DNA of 42,833 bases from Hydrurus foetidus (Eukaryota): contig UYFQ01000022.1 of assembly GCA_900617105.1 (NCBI GenBank), positions 1 through 42,833 on the forward strand, given 5' to 3'. The position numbers and the translations under genes are program-made. Below are positions 11,401 to 21,301 of this stretch, piece by piece; positions within the stretch are counted from its first letter, which is position 1, and each line of letters starts with the position of its first letter. The notes beneath the pieces are model-generated. The model was given only the letters and a program-made list of their open reading frames with translations, did no database searches and was not told the DNA's origin.

Positions 11401-11857
11401 CCCGGAAATAACACATTTCGAGGTAGGCTCATATGTACTCGTTACTCAACGCACACAGCCAGAGACACGCATGCACACATTGTGGCGCGGTCCTCTTCGA
11501 GTTCTAAGCAATAAGAAAGGAGAATATACGCTACTCAATCTTATTACTCTTAAAAATGTTAAATACCACATGTCACAATTAAAAACTTTCTTATTTAATC
11601 CACTGCACACTGATCCAACAGATGTAGCACGTCGAGATTATTTAGAATTCTTCATCGAAGAGATCATAGATATGAGGGGAAATATTTCATCTTATGGAGC
11701 TTTAGAATTTGAGGTCAAATGGCTCAATTATCCCTCAGAAAGTAATACCTGGGAACCGTGGCGAAGTCTAAGAAAAACAGACAAACTACACAAATTTCTT
11801 ATAAGTAAGAATCTACGTCACCTAATTCCAAGAGAATTCAGGTTAGACTACGTCTAA
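5468..11857 (+). CDS. Gypsy Gag-Pol polyprotein with C-terminal chromodomain (likely start ATG 5681)
   Basis: Zinc knuckle CHTCGRSGHNRYNC, protease IDTG, RT YLDD with PFG and FCIDYR, RNase H TDASDYG, integrase HHCC and DFIGP/SDNG/ERMN, chromodomain IEEIIDMR...VKWLNYPSESNTWEP. Confidence 0.95.
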   Translation: MGLLAPQASPRNFLPKLTKPIQSSFFYYSTLHLPVFTKVQPILPLSESTASEFRRGPFSKLPTIIVAKTKTMEAQDILDKSASPGAITTSLGLPSATMLSIRKARKAEEKMRAENIARSKSLMARQAIKASATATRIPDEIAARNSERSSERKRIQDAQKTSDATTEDEVAMIAYVLEATDEDERREREICARSRPCSSTSVAKTIDVEGSPKGRPKRRRGGNEKDKKANEQDVLDDAKSIESEPIPVRKSSRTTRVQTSMEVDLESGEDEEDEGEIENDEGINDNDDDNVIVAESVSDEDDRSSDESVESTSPEKRKTKSPPRQTKKISTRKKIIVPQKTKKAEQSKPASAKESKEDVSKKTIPTQRPKPKTSAATSAALKLKTTEAARRRKVEEDIDNEQSDTSVLSDENYQQQRTLINMNEVFMLNAEKLLTDGPATIQAFHDQANLPNFKTHWKQIITENALVPIRFRLNGMKAVLGYTQPECSTWPVIRGVTLSIRQIAKDLTACFSQATRTSNTTYDCNEKIRAYKFAYDFADAYVEEASITRFEEIISLYYPDRTDLTPERENEICKAFYKKLPAENALGMKFLEATKTAIKKTKRDTIQDMYMRLSDHLNIARQCVNDAAELGNSRYRWTTPDSPTSEEAKRQRSSLSNASYSSNLHAVGFHPEEDTRAPPYKAIAKRQPEVPRYPGLDRNTKTCHTCGRSGHNRYNCRFHMNEHCNNSHKMWSESLMGIEWKRLGHKYFVIDAHLPSGGVSRERKQIHVPTNFEFPTEEEDIDMGNTQQKSNPRQGTSAPPYSKVKKPAYDDRRRSEFSTPPVSVAILPRIDLPRTRTLLSAILPEKVNDYLQVNISLPQISMAQDKTSALAKTTAHKQTPTTATATANATSERPSRATRRKKRKDPPAAPTSPTPQSRGMDALAQIDTGCEVGDVINRRVLEGLRGEHRLRDSDSPMWICSGLDNKCIESKSVLDIVVSFKKDSLKYIFSLPVRIAEDSEIDLIIGINTIKNLNLVKVMPEFFGHKNHTDPWTRIENSMVLTTNNLPDTTPSTAVQEPPVDNDLDGTKPSNTNNLRQGDMVSGGACTHKNCTSTYGCSQIRVAAATDPVQDGSVLQVCEKSTTHLTSPRQDGLELTLDREKEVAIQISPSITPPQTYGFVAALLREKEYLPEAQPFGPEEIDYKSKDTFAPFMLSTHTSTDIIDLIHIEGTHEEIARIREICVKHIVLFKNELGPEPARIPPFDLPVMEKQWKVPKNRHASRIQSTKRQTVIRELVTTMLKGGIIVKSNASHYSQVILAPKPDGTFRFCIDYRGLDEATESASWPIPNIRLMLGRLGAAKADTFGVIDLTAGYHQAPITMSTRIYTAFITFMGIYHFTRLPFGPKRAPSYFQEMMASIVLIGLIYFICEVYLDDIIVYATGHLQFCERLETIFQRLEEKNISLKAAKLKLGMKKVEYVGKEISKDGITMSSKKIKGVTDFPMPRKTTEMRSFLGLTNYFRDHVPNHSNVVAPLQKMILHASKKQTLLIWTDEAADAFYMIKQRIAESPLLYFIHDTAPITLMTDASDYGIGGYLYQEVDEKKQLVALVSKSLTKTQLKWSTIQKEAFALYYCCTYLDALLRDRKFTILTDHKNLTFIEKDKNEMVGRWRVALQELDYTIGYVPGRDNDIADAMSRLCLNRMEKKSGLMSSLHEKQLTTNEQYELIGSCHNATVGHGGVQRTLRNLKTKKKVWPGMKEAVKTFIKNCPCCQKMSAVKVPVNSYTYTTSTYKPMECLNIDFIGPFPDKGYILVMIDTFTRFVELYATKDATAKAACTALVEHVGRYGSPRFLRSDNGPHFANHVIEEFTKLAGTVHEKILAYSSEHNSIVERMNKEVNRHIRAYTYDRATTENYQEILPFVQRILNTTINDRTKISPAQILYGNAINMDEGILIPRGEVNLIPENITISSTNMIKIQSDLIRIAARLLKESDDEHNEKQNPEITHFEVGSYVLVTQRTQPETRMHTLWRGPLRVLSNKKGEYTLLNLITLKNVKYHMSQLKTFLFNPLHTDPTDVARRDYLEFFIEEIIDMRGNISSYGALEFEVKWLNYPSESNTWEPWRSLRKTDKLHKFLISKNLRHLIPREFRLDYV

Positions 11858-12042
11858 AAGACACAAAGGAGAACAACAATATCATTGATGATTCCCCCCA
11901 TCCGAGATGTTTTAGGAGGTTTAGTCAGTAGGCAATAATCTTTTCATTATTATTATTGAGTCTGACATAATTGTTGTTACTTAACATAGACTTACACGTA
12001 GTTTAGTATTTATCATAGAGTAACAAATCTAGCTTCTTCTTC

Positions 12043-12052
12043 GAGGAGGGGG
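12043..12052 (+). other. Polypurine tract of the Gypsy element
   Basis: GAGGAGGGGG, 3 nt upstream of the 3' LTR. Confidence 0.8.
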
Positions 12053-12055
12053 CAC

Positions 12056-12279
12056 TGTGACCCGTACACCGAGTATACCGGGTATACCGGGTTCGGGTAC
12101 AAACGTACGCACGGTTCGGATCGAGGACGATCCGATCCATACGATTTGTTGCGTGATATCTGCTGTGCTTATCTGTAAGCTAATCACTTTGCTATCCTTT
12201 AGCATCGTTCCACAGCCATTTCACCCTTGCCCTCCGCCGTCCGGATTCCCGTTCCTGCCCAGGCCTCACTGAGGCCACA
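12056..12279 (+). repeat. Gypsy 3' LTR (224 bp)
   Basis: TGTGACCCG...GGCCACA; repeat of 4920-5142. Confidence 0.93.
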
Positions 12280-12628
12280 CTCCCCCCCTCCGTTCAATTT
12301 CGGCAAAACGTTTTCGAAAGCAGTCAACTTTTACAAAATGTTCTCCAAACCTTTGTCCTTCGAGTACGATACCTGGCTGTTAGACTAGTACACCATGTGG
12401 TGGTTGATAAATGGTGTAATATTATGTATTATGGATAATACTCTGAAGGAATCAGAGGAGTAAGAAAATTTCTGATACCAGCCTAGTTTGCAGATCAGAT
12501 ATTGATTCTTTACAAATGCATGGATCTAGCGAATTTTCTTCTTTGCGATGTAATGATTTTAGTAACAGGGAATTGATGAGAAAATAGGAAAATAAAGCGC
12601 ATAATAAAAAATCAAATGAATAATCCTT

Positions 12629-12844
12629 TGTGGCCTAACTATGGGCTCAGCGGTGGGACCGATGGGACAGGACGCGTGGCAATAGGAAGGCAGCTATGGT
12701 GCTGGTGCTATTGGCTAAAAGATGTGGTTAGCTTACAGATAAACACAGAGATAGGCAAGTCATGAATCGGATGGATCGGAACGTCCTCGATCCGAGCCGA
12801 ACGTACGCCTGTACCCGTACAGCTGTACAGCTGTGCGGGTCACA
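12629..12844 (-). mobile_element. Isolated LTR of a related Gypsy family
   Basis: Reverse complement reads TGTGACCCGCACA...TCGGATCGAGGACGTTCCGATCCAT...TATCTGTAAGCTAACCACA...GGCCACA, homologous to but diverged from the adjacent Gypsy LTR. Flanks do not form a TSD. Confidence 0.8.
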
Positions 12845-13182
12845 CAATTTTTTTCGATTTTTGAAGAAATTGATAATTCTACGCCTAATTTAATTGATAA
12901 TTGAAAAAAATTCACCTTCTTCTCCTTTGACCACTTTAAAACGACATAACACATGATGTACACTTCATCAAAGCAAGGGGTAATAAAAGGAGAGGGGGCA
13001 TTCTTCCACCCAGAGGGAGTCTCACCCAAGCCCCACCTGATTTTCAAAAAAATGAAATACCCGAAGCGGTCAGCGGTAAGCAGTTGCCACTCTTCTAAGC
13101 TTCTGAGTCGCTGCATATCAGCTGTTGCAACAGCCCTGATTTTGTCAGCGTAACGACAGCAGAGCTCACAAAAGCCTTCTGA

Positions 13183-14160
13183 TTGTTTCTGTTTTCTGAA
13201 ATGGCAAGCTCAGTAGTTTTGAACGAAGAATCGTTCCTCCAGCCCGCAGGCATCTACGAGAAGACTCTCGAAGACCTATTCCAATGTGAAATATTTTTTC
13301 TTGGTCGTGAGTCCATCCACGTGACATTCTTCGTCAAATTTATGGAAGATGATGCATCCTGCATTGCTTTGCAGAGACTCTTATTCGAGCTTTTGCTTCT
13401 CTACTTCGAATCATACCGCAAGAATGTGTCATCAACTTCAGGCGATATAGAGAAAAGAATGAAATCAGGGAAAGTTATGGTGGTCAATTTTGAAAATGAT
13501 CGCAACGCTGCACGCGAGATATACAGAAAAAAGTTCGTCTCTTTATCGGTTGTTCGAATTCTTTTCGAAGAGCCTCAGAATGAAGAGCTCAATAGGAGCA
13601 CATCGGAGCAAAGTAATTTACTTTTCTGCTATTTGGAAGATTTCTTGTATCAAAACTTTTGGAAATGGTACCATAATATTAGAGGATTAGATGTCAATAA
13701 TTATATTACTGAAAGACCAACGGATTCTACTTATGATTATTCAGAAAAGATGCTTCACAAAATATATGATATCACTGGCTATCTATGTGGTCATCGGATA
13801 TTTAATCTTATTCATTTGAATAGATTACGTGTTGAGTTCAAAGAAGTATTTCAAAATTATTATGATAACTCACGGCATGCTAACGGTGCAACTGCCTTAA
13901 GTCATGAACTTCCGGCTCAGTGTCTATTATTCCGTGAACACTCCGAGGGATTGTACTATGCAAAGAGGGAGAATAGTGCAGTAGATGTAAGCTACGAGAA
14001 ACACATTAAGAAGTGCACATCTATCATTGATACTCTGATACAATGCACTTCATATACAGATCTCGCACCTCATTTGAACTTGAGTCATGGTGTGGGGTGC
14101 TTGGTACCCCAGGGGTCACCCCAAAGTAGGGGGCAGAACGTACGTGTACCTACAGTATAG
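13183..14160 (+). pseudogene. Truncated ORF within the P-like element (likely ATG 13201)
   Basis: 325-codon ORF. YDITGYLCG...EGLYY resembles the YIAGY...GGLxxP region of P-type transposases. The 3' part runs into duplicated sequence. Confidence 0.45.
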
Positions 14161-14266
14161 TGCAGTAGATGTAAGCTACGAGAAACACATTGAGAAGTGC
14201 ACATCTATCATTGATACTCTGATACAATGCACTTCATATACAGATCTCGCACCTCATTTGAACTTG
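13973..14266. repeat. 110-bp direct duplication (13973-14082 and 14157-14266) separated by 74 bp
   Basis: ATAGTGCAGTAGATG...TTTGAACTTG occurs twice with one mismatch. Confidence 0.9.
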
Positions 14267-14644
14267 GCACTGAGTTAGATGTTCCTGAGACCCCAAGGCT
14301 GACTCTATTGATCACCACGGACTTACTTCTAAGGTTCAAATCTACACCGCTAAACTCATGAAGTTGGAATGTTTCCCCGGTCCGGTAGGTGATTTTTATT
14401 TGCCTACCCCTCACTAGATTTATCCCGTGAGAAGCCAAAACGTTGCTCACAGAACTCTTCTTGCAGAGGGTTCGAAGCGCCGAATTTACGACGTAATTCA
14501 TCACTGAATAACCTGAAGACTCCAGTATGCCAGCTAAAATCTCTTCGCCAGGCACTCCTTCTTTTTCAACTCTAGCACTTAAAAAAGCGTCGAGAGATTC
14601 TTTAAGAATCTGCAAGGCTTGAAAACCTGTGATCAGAGTCGACC
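14208..14644 (-). pseudogene. Fragment of a second, convergent gene in the P-like element
   Basis: 135-codon minus-strand ORF preceded by a pyrimidine tract and CAG acceptor near 14645. No recognisable domain. Confidence 0.3.
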
Positions 14645-15551
14645 TGGAATGCAGAAAAAGGTGAAAGTCAGAAAATTTCCATTTCCAGAGCGCATCTGCA
14701 CCAAATTTGTTGGACGAAAGAAATCATCTTGAAGCAGCTGCATAAAGTAATGGTGCAGATGCGCTTCGAAGGGTAAAAAGTTCTCGATGATCGCATTCGA
14801 GCACAGGCACAATATGAGAAAATTTTTGGATTTATGATGGACAGATGAAGATAAGACTCACATCACAGAATGCGCACGATATCAATCTGACATTCTGAGC
14901 GCCTCAAAATCGTGAGGAGGACGGCCCGATGCTTTCTTATGTGATTACAGCGGGTGTATGCTGCTAGTGCTATCACTTGCCTGTTGGGTATTTCAAACTT
15001 GGGTCAGCATGCGGTGAGGAAAAGCTGGGCGGGGCGAGAGCTTGTAAATGCCCCCTCTCCTTTTATACCCCCTTGATCAAAGTATCAAAAAGTGCTCTGC
15101 GTAAAAAGTTGTGCATTTCAAAAAAGTTTTGCCGATATCCCCGGTGAGTGACCATGTGGAGATGTCCCCTTTGGTGTCCCCTTCACACACACAGGTTCTG
15201 TACGTACATCACCTCTGTCTGGACGTAGCAATGGGCTAACTGGCTAACTACCCTACAGCCTACAGCAGCAGCTACAGCGCTCATCCAATAATTCACGTCC
15301 AGAGAACCCCACGACATCGTGACATTCTTCCACGTGTAGTCATGGCTGGAATCTGCAACTCGACTCTTTAGTCGAAATGTAGTTTAGCCGCACCAAACTC
15401 CACGGATCTCAAAATCCCGAGATTTGATTCTATGATAACTTTGTCGAATTCTATGATCGCCGGTAACGCAGAGGCGGAAAGCCTCTCTCCGCTGAATTTT
15501 GAGCGCTTCTTTCGTGAATCAAGATTGTCCATGCTTTGCCGCCAACGTCAT

Positions 15552-15950
15552 TTACAGCGGGAGATTCCATATCGGCGAATGCTCCCTCGCTTCCAGCAAC
15601 ATTCAACTGCCGTCAATTCTTTGACAAGAATCGACGAGGCCTTCAAGCCTACGTCAACTGGGCTCCTGATGTTATCCATGGAATGCGCCATCGCTTACTG
15701 GCCATCGGTTACAGTGGGAGATTCCATCGCGGCGAATCCTCCCTCGCTTCCAGCAGTGTCCAACTCCCGTCGATTCTTTGACGAGAATCGGCGAGGCCTT
15801 CATGCCCACGTCAACTGGACTTCTGACATCGCCCATGGAATGCGCCATCGCTTGTTGGCCATCAGTCGTTGTCCATCGCTCGTTGGATTGCACGTTGATC
15901 AACTGTAATAACGGGAGATTCAACTTCGGTGAGTCATCCCTCGCTTCCAG
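15552..15950. repeat. Diverged ~157-bp tandem repeat (about 2.3 copies)
   Basis: Units start at 15552, 15709 and ~15906 (…GGGAGATTC…CCCTCGCTTCCAG…). Confidence 0.8.
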
Positions 15951-16514
15951 GTGGTGCAATCAATGCACTTTAACCGAGTCCATCTCGCACTCCCTAATTA
16001 GCCCATTTTAATACTTGGCTCCCGTCGTGAAAGGGGGGAAACCCTCGCAAATTTTTCTCGTTCCCACATGCGCCATCGACAAAATCATTTGTAGCGATCG
16101 GCAACTTGGATTGGGAGAGCGCCATCGATACGTCAACCTTCGCCAACACCACCATCGGTGCCATCATTTATTTCCGTGATATTGTGTGTGATGTCCTGCC
16201 TTTGTCTGCTTATCAAATGTCGTGCCTCTTCTACCGCTGCTCATCAAGAACACAAATGTTCGCGATGCTGCCACTATTTCGAGATTTCAACGTTGCCTTT
16301 GCTCGCGAATCATTCTTTTCTTTATCACATCTTTATATTAATTATTTTATTAAAGAGATGTCTTCAAGAAAAAAATAGACTGTTTTTGGTTAGTCTCGTA
16401 GAATTCCTGCAGGAGCATCGCGATTCCTCTTTTCTATTCCTCTAATATCTATCATTGACTGTTTCGGCATGTGAGGGAGCAAGATACTCTCATCAATTCT
16501 TTTTTTAATGTCAA

Positions 16515-16627
16515 CCCTTTTCAATCCTGCAGTGACCTTTTCAGGCCTGCAGTGACCTTTTCAGGCCTGCAGTGACCTTTTCAGGCCTGCAGTGACCTTT
16601 TTAACCCTGCAGTGATCTTTTCAGGCC
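16515..16627. repeat. 20-bp minisatellite CCTGCAGTGACCTTTTCAGG, ~5.5 copies
   Basis: Copies start at 16526, 16546, 16566, 16586 and 16606, with no spacers. Confidence 0.9.
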
Positions 16628-16754
16628 GTACGGCGTACGGTGACTCGGATTGTACGGTGACTTCCTGTATTTTGTAGGCTGAATGCTACTTTGAACTGCA
16701 TAGCATCTTGATAGGAGGCGATGTCACTCATATTCAAAATCAATTACATCTCCA

Positions 16755-19700
16755 ATGGACGTGGCAATAAACACGAGCATTCAAGTGCTGCTGGGTGATG
16801 ATGACGGGCAGTACAACAAGGTCTTATTTGCGATGGGCGATAGAGTTGCGGATAATCAGACGGTAGAGGACGAAGAAACCCAATCAAGGGAAAGTGATGA
16901 TGAGTCCATTGTGAATGATTGTTGTCCAATTTGTTCCAAAACCTGTTACTCGCCAAACGAGTTGGCCAAAGAGGAAATCAGGCAATGCCAGAGCCTTTTG
17001 AGAATTTCCGGAAATAAGCACTTTTTGCGAGATAATTCTGTCGCGTCTACAAATTTAGACGATTACCTCTATCCATCTATTTGGTGCTGGCACCCACATA
17101 GGCTACTGACATCGAATTTAAGACCATTGCTATGCTGGAATAAAAGCTGTGCAGGGCATACAGGTTAAAGTTACGATAACAAGATATCTATAGACAACGA
17201 TTCTTTATTCCTTCCTAAATAATTGTCTATTACATTGTAGGATTGAGTGCATCATCAATATCAATAAAAGAGTTCGACCATCGAAGTGTAGAAGACATTT
17301 CAACAAATGGTTTCATTATCATTCCAGTGTACTTATGCTCTGTATGTAAGAAGACAAAATCTTCACTGGAAATGACCGATTTAGCTTCGATGGGATTTCC
17401 ACCTTATGCTATTAGACGGTGTCCTGTGATATGCTTTCAAAGAACAACTTCCACCGTGGAGTTAGCTGAACTAATTCTGACGCTGATGACCTCAGAGCTT
17501 GGAGCTGGCCAAATTTCCTCTGTCATAGCAAAGCGACGAACAGCATTTTGGGCAGCGAGTGCGAGAGTATACTTGGAGGCGCAGAATCACAGCGTGACTC
17601 TTGTGTCTCATAAAGGTAGTCTCTCTAGCTTTGGTTTTGTGAGGGCACCTACGAATATTGTACCATTTCCTCCGTTGACATCTCACTGCGGTGGATTCGG
17701 TGGTAGCCAGGGTCCAAGTTCCAGGAATATCCAGAGATTCTTTGTTGCTATGACTACTCATTTAGACTTATTTGCGGACCGATTTATGATGAGCCTTGGC
17801 GGACAGGTGAGACTAAATAACCAGCAATCTCGAAGAAAGCACTTTTTTTAATTGAATTCTATGCCGTTACTCGCATCCCACAGGTCTTGTCTGCCGATCA
17901 CACTTTCAATATACCTGCTCGCATCAAGAGTTCCGATATCGCTGGAAGCTCATACAGCCCTATCGAAGGACTTCATGCAGGTTAATTGTAATGTTTTGAT
18001 CGAAATACCGTGTTATGGTGTATTCCGTCTTACTATTTTGATCGAAATACCGTTTTTTAAACAGATTTTTTCATATGAACTATTAGTTTGCAACGGAATA
18101 GGGCAAGTCATTTCGTACATATGGACAGCTGGTACTGGATATTCGGAGAGAGTGCCTCAGGCAGCTGAACATTTCTCGCGCTTTTGTAAATGGGGTAATA
18201 TGAAATGTGAGGTACTTGAAGATTCAGATGTGAAACATATTAATCAGCCTGTGTTTGCATTAGATCTCTGCTGCAACGATACTCAGTGGCTTCGTGAAGG
18301 TGGATTCACCAATCCAGATGTAATTGGTGATGTATACCACATCACTAAAAGAATATTAAGTGCAGCTTCCGTCGAAAACAAGACATCTCTTGGATTCTTT
18401 GCGTCAGAATTAAGAAAATGTTTCGGATCAAGTAGACTTGGTGTATTTTGGCCAGCAAAGAAAATTATATCGGCGATAGAGTTGCTGCAACTTAAATTTC
18501 AAGAAGTTGGTGTATGGACAGAGAATACGACAAGAGCTTTTAATACTGAAAAAAAACACATCACAAATTGCTTGGCACTACCGAAGGTGATAAAATAAAT
18601 GATTCTGAAACATTGTCAAAGTAATCAAATTTAAGCATTATTCATCGCTTACTGTATAGGACATCAATCCAGTCATGCTGCATCGTAGTGGAAAATGTAT
18701 ACTACAACGCGGAACAAATAATTGCGAGAGCACATGGAGGTAAGATTTGCATTTGTCACACCCTCACTTATTCTCAACTTGATTTGTTATTTTTTCAATT
18801 TCTTCTCACTTTATTTCATTTGTTATTTAATTTGATTTATCACTGTTATTTGTAATGTAAGGCATGCAAGAAGAATAGCCCCTGAAAAAATGAGCATGCA
18901 ACTGGCTGACACGCTTTACAAAGTGTACTTCATGGAACGTAATATGAAACTTCTTGTGGACTACACTCCACTATGGCCAATAATGAGATTTCCTGCATTC
19001 GTACTTCCAGAAATCCTATATATTTGGTTACTTAGCGAAAAACTTGGCATTATAAGTCCAGTACCGAAGCTACCGTTAGTCTACCCTGGTCCAGATTATG
19101 ATTCAAAACATTTTGGATGGAGCGGATCTGTAGGCTTCTCAAGAGCTGCCTTGATTCCCAAAAAGTTAACATCAAAAGAGCCAAGCAATATTGCAGATTT
19201 GGCCGTCAAACAGGTCCTATTTGAAATTGAAGAATCAATGGCTTCATCAACATCTTTCGATAAAGGAATATATGAAATCGAACAATGTGCTGACCCTAAT
19301 TGTTCACGTGTGATATCAGAGGGGGAATTATCAACCTCCTCATCAGCTGCTGTGACGTCACCAATGCCAGCTCGTAAAAATAATAACAAATGTCGTAAAA
19401 AGGTTCATTCTAATAAAGGAAGCGTTGGAAGTCATAAAATTGATCATAAGAAACTGCAGTTGAGCGTGAAGGTATTTGATCGCCGAATAAACATTTACCA
19501 ATAAAAATCGTAAAAATTTACAAAATTGCATTTTTGGTTTCGCACGAAATTTTGATTGAGTACCCCACAGGGTTACAATTCCTGAATCAACACGGTGACA
19601 TGAGTATATTCGCAGATGGCTTCACAGCTATGGAGAGAAAATACTTAAAATTTCTTCTACTTCGTATGAGTGATAAAGCTGATAACATTTCAGACATAGT

Positions 19701-21171
19701 GGTTAGAAATATTTCAAAGAAAAACTTACATAAGGTATCTTGATTGAATACGTCTGCAGATTTTTGTAAAACCCTTTGTTAAATATAACTGTACTGACTG
19801 TTACAGTAATGAACTACATCTTAATACTACTTTTCTTCTCTAATCACACAGATATGGTGTATGAGAGTACTGATAATGCAGTCGTCTGCAAAACTCCAAG
19901 ATCGAGTCAAGTTTATAAGAGATAAATCTGAAACAGAGCTATACAGGTTCGTCGAGTGGCCTGAGTTCCGTTGGTTTATAAGGCGATAAAATAATATTCA
20001 AATCATCTGATTTCATAGGAAGGCAATTGAAGTCATTTGCATCGATCGTGTTTGGAGATCAAGCTGTCCTCTACTTGCTGAGAAAAAGCAGCAGATAGTT
20101 GTCGATTCGCTTGTAGCTGTGTCTCGACGGGTAAATAACAATTTCTTACAAACGATATATTTTTCTTTCTCTTTTTTTATGTGTACATTTTTTCTTTTTT
20201 AATTTTATTTCACTTTTTTTGCATGATCATGATGATATTCCTTTTTTTTATTTATTTTTACTAAGATGCCATTTTTCAAATTACGTAGGTTGAAGAAGAA
20301 GTACTACTATGCGGTGAGGTACTTGAGGATGAAATAGATGGTAATGAGATGGAAAAGGATGCAAACCTAATTTTGAGTTCTCAAGGTGCTACGGATGTAG
20401 TTCATAAAAATGAGGCTGCTCAGATACAGATGACACTTCAGAAGTAAATGAAGAGATTGAATTGAGCCAAGTTGCAACTTGTGACACCATGGACCCTCCT
20501 TTTCAGCTCCAAAGGGCAGAGAGAGAATTACTAATATCCTGTACACAAGACAATTATTTCAAAAAAAAACGGGAAATCTGGATTGGGACAAAATTGAGAA
20601 TTTCTTTGCAGATAAGGCAGATGGTTGTAAGATCTTCAAAAGAAGCAGGAAAAGGTTACGATCTTCTTCCAAAAGATTTAATGCATGTGAAAATACTATT
20701 ACCGAGAATCATCATGATGGAGCAAGATGTGCAAGTCCAGTTCCGGAGATACAAGATGTTTTGCGTCTTGCTGTATCAACTTACGAGGAAGAGAGAAATT
20801 TAGCTCTAAATGTGCACGACGTAGTGAGTGAGGAAAATACTGACCTGGAGAGCGAGCTGAGAGAAGTACCATTAGATGTCATGGATCAAATTAAAATGGC
20901 AAATAGAGATAGCCAGGCAAGTGTCATTCACACCACTCATTTGGGTGACACAAAAAGAAGGACTGGTATTTTGAGCGATCTTGAACGTGATTTTGTTAAG
21001 GACTATGGTAAAAGGTGTCTTGTCAAGAGGAAGAATATAGACAACACCTGCATGTTGAAGGAGTATAAAAATGTCTTTCCGGGCTACACCCGTGACAGAG
21101 AAATATTAAAAAAATGTTGGATAAACTGGAAAAAAGATTCCCCAGCTTACAAAGAATTTATCAACAGTTGA
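16755..21171 (+). pseudogene. Multi-exon DDE transposase with DxxH motif (MULE-like), frameshifted; Myb/SANT-like C-terminus
   Basis: GT-AG introns at 17164-17240, 17807-17883, 17981-18064, 18587-18659 and 18740-18861 assemble VLSADHTF...VCNGIGQV...ALDLCC...GDVYH...QRGTNNCESTW, with Cys motifs N-terminally. Frameshifts are needed in the 17884-17980 exon and at ~20430-20780. Confidence 0.75.
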
Positions 21172-21301
21172 AAAAAGTAAGTCTTGTGTAGTTTTAATTG
21201 CATTAATTAAGTACAGAAAAACTTCCAAACAGGTTTTGCCTACACCAGATCAACGGAAATTACTGATCTAAGAAGGCAATCCTTATAGGGGGGGGTATAT
21301 A

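Larger units (their letters stand above)
4920..12279 (+). mobile_element. Full-length Ty3/Gypsy chromovirus-type LTR retrotransposon
   Basis: TG...CA LTRs at 4920-5142 and 12056-12279, single gag-pol ORF in PR-RT-RH-IN-chromodomain order, PPT GAGGAGGGGG before the 3' LTR. Inserted in a C-tract (CCCCC / CTCCC flanks). Confidence 0.95.
12974..15075. mobile_element. Internally rearranged P-element-like TIR transposon
   Basis: 29-bp TIRs (CAAGGGG...AAAAGGAGAGGGGGCATT, 27/29 match) at 12974-13002 and 15047-15075; 7-bp TSD ATCAAAG on both sides. CAAGG termini with a 7-8 bp TSD fit the P superfamily. Confidence 0.8.

Noticed and set aside
12760..13153. 118-aa and 66-aa ORFs
   Set aside because: They cross the junctions of the isolated LTR and the P-like TIR.
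15432..16011. Several 77-158 aa ORFs
   Set aside because: They arise from a 157-bp repeat (not a multiple of 3). The same peptide appears in different frames and there is no domain signal.
16515..16627. CRISPR-like array
   Set aside because: Repeats are head-to-tail with no spacers, there are no cas genes, and the context is eukaryotic.
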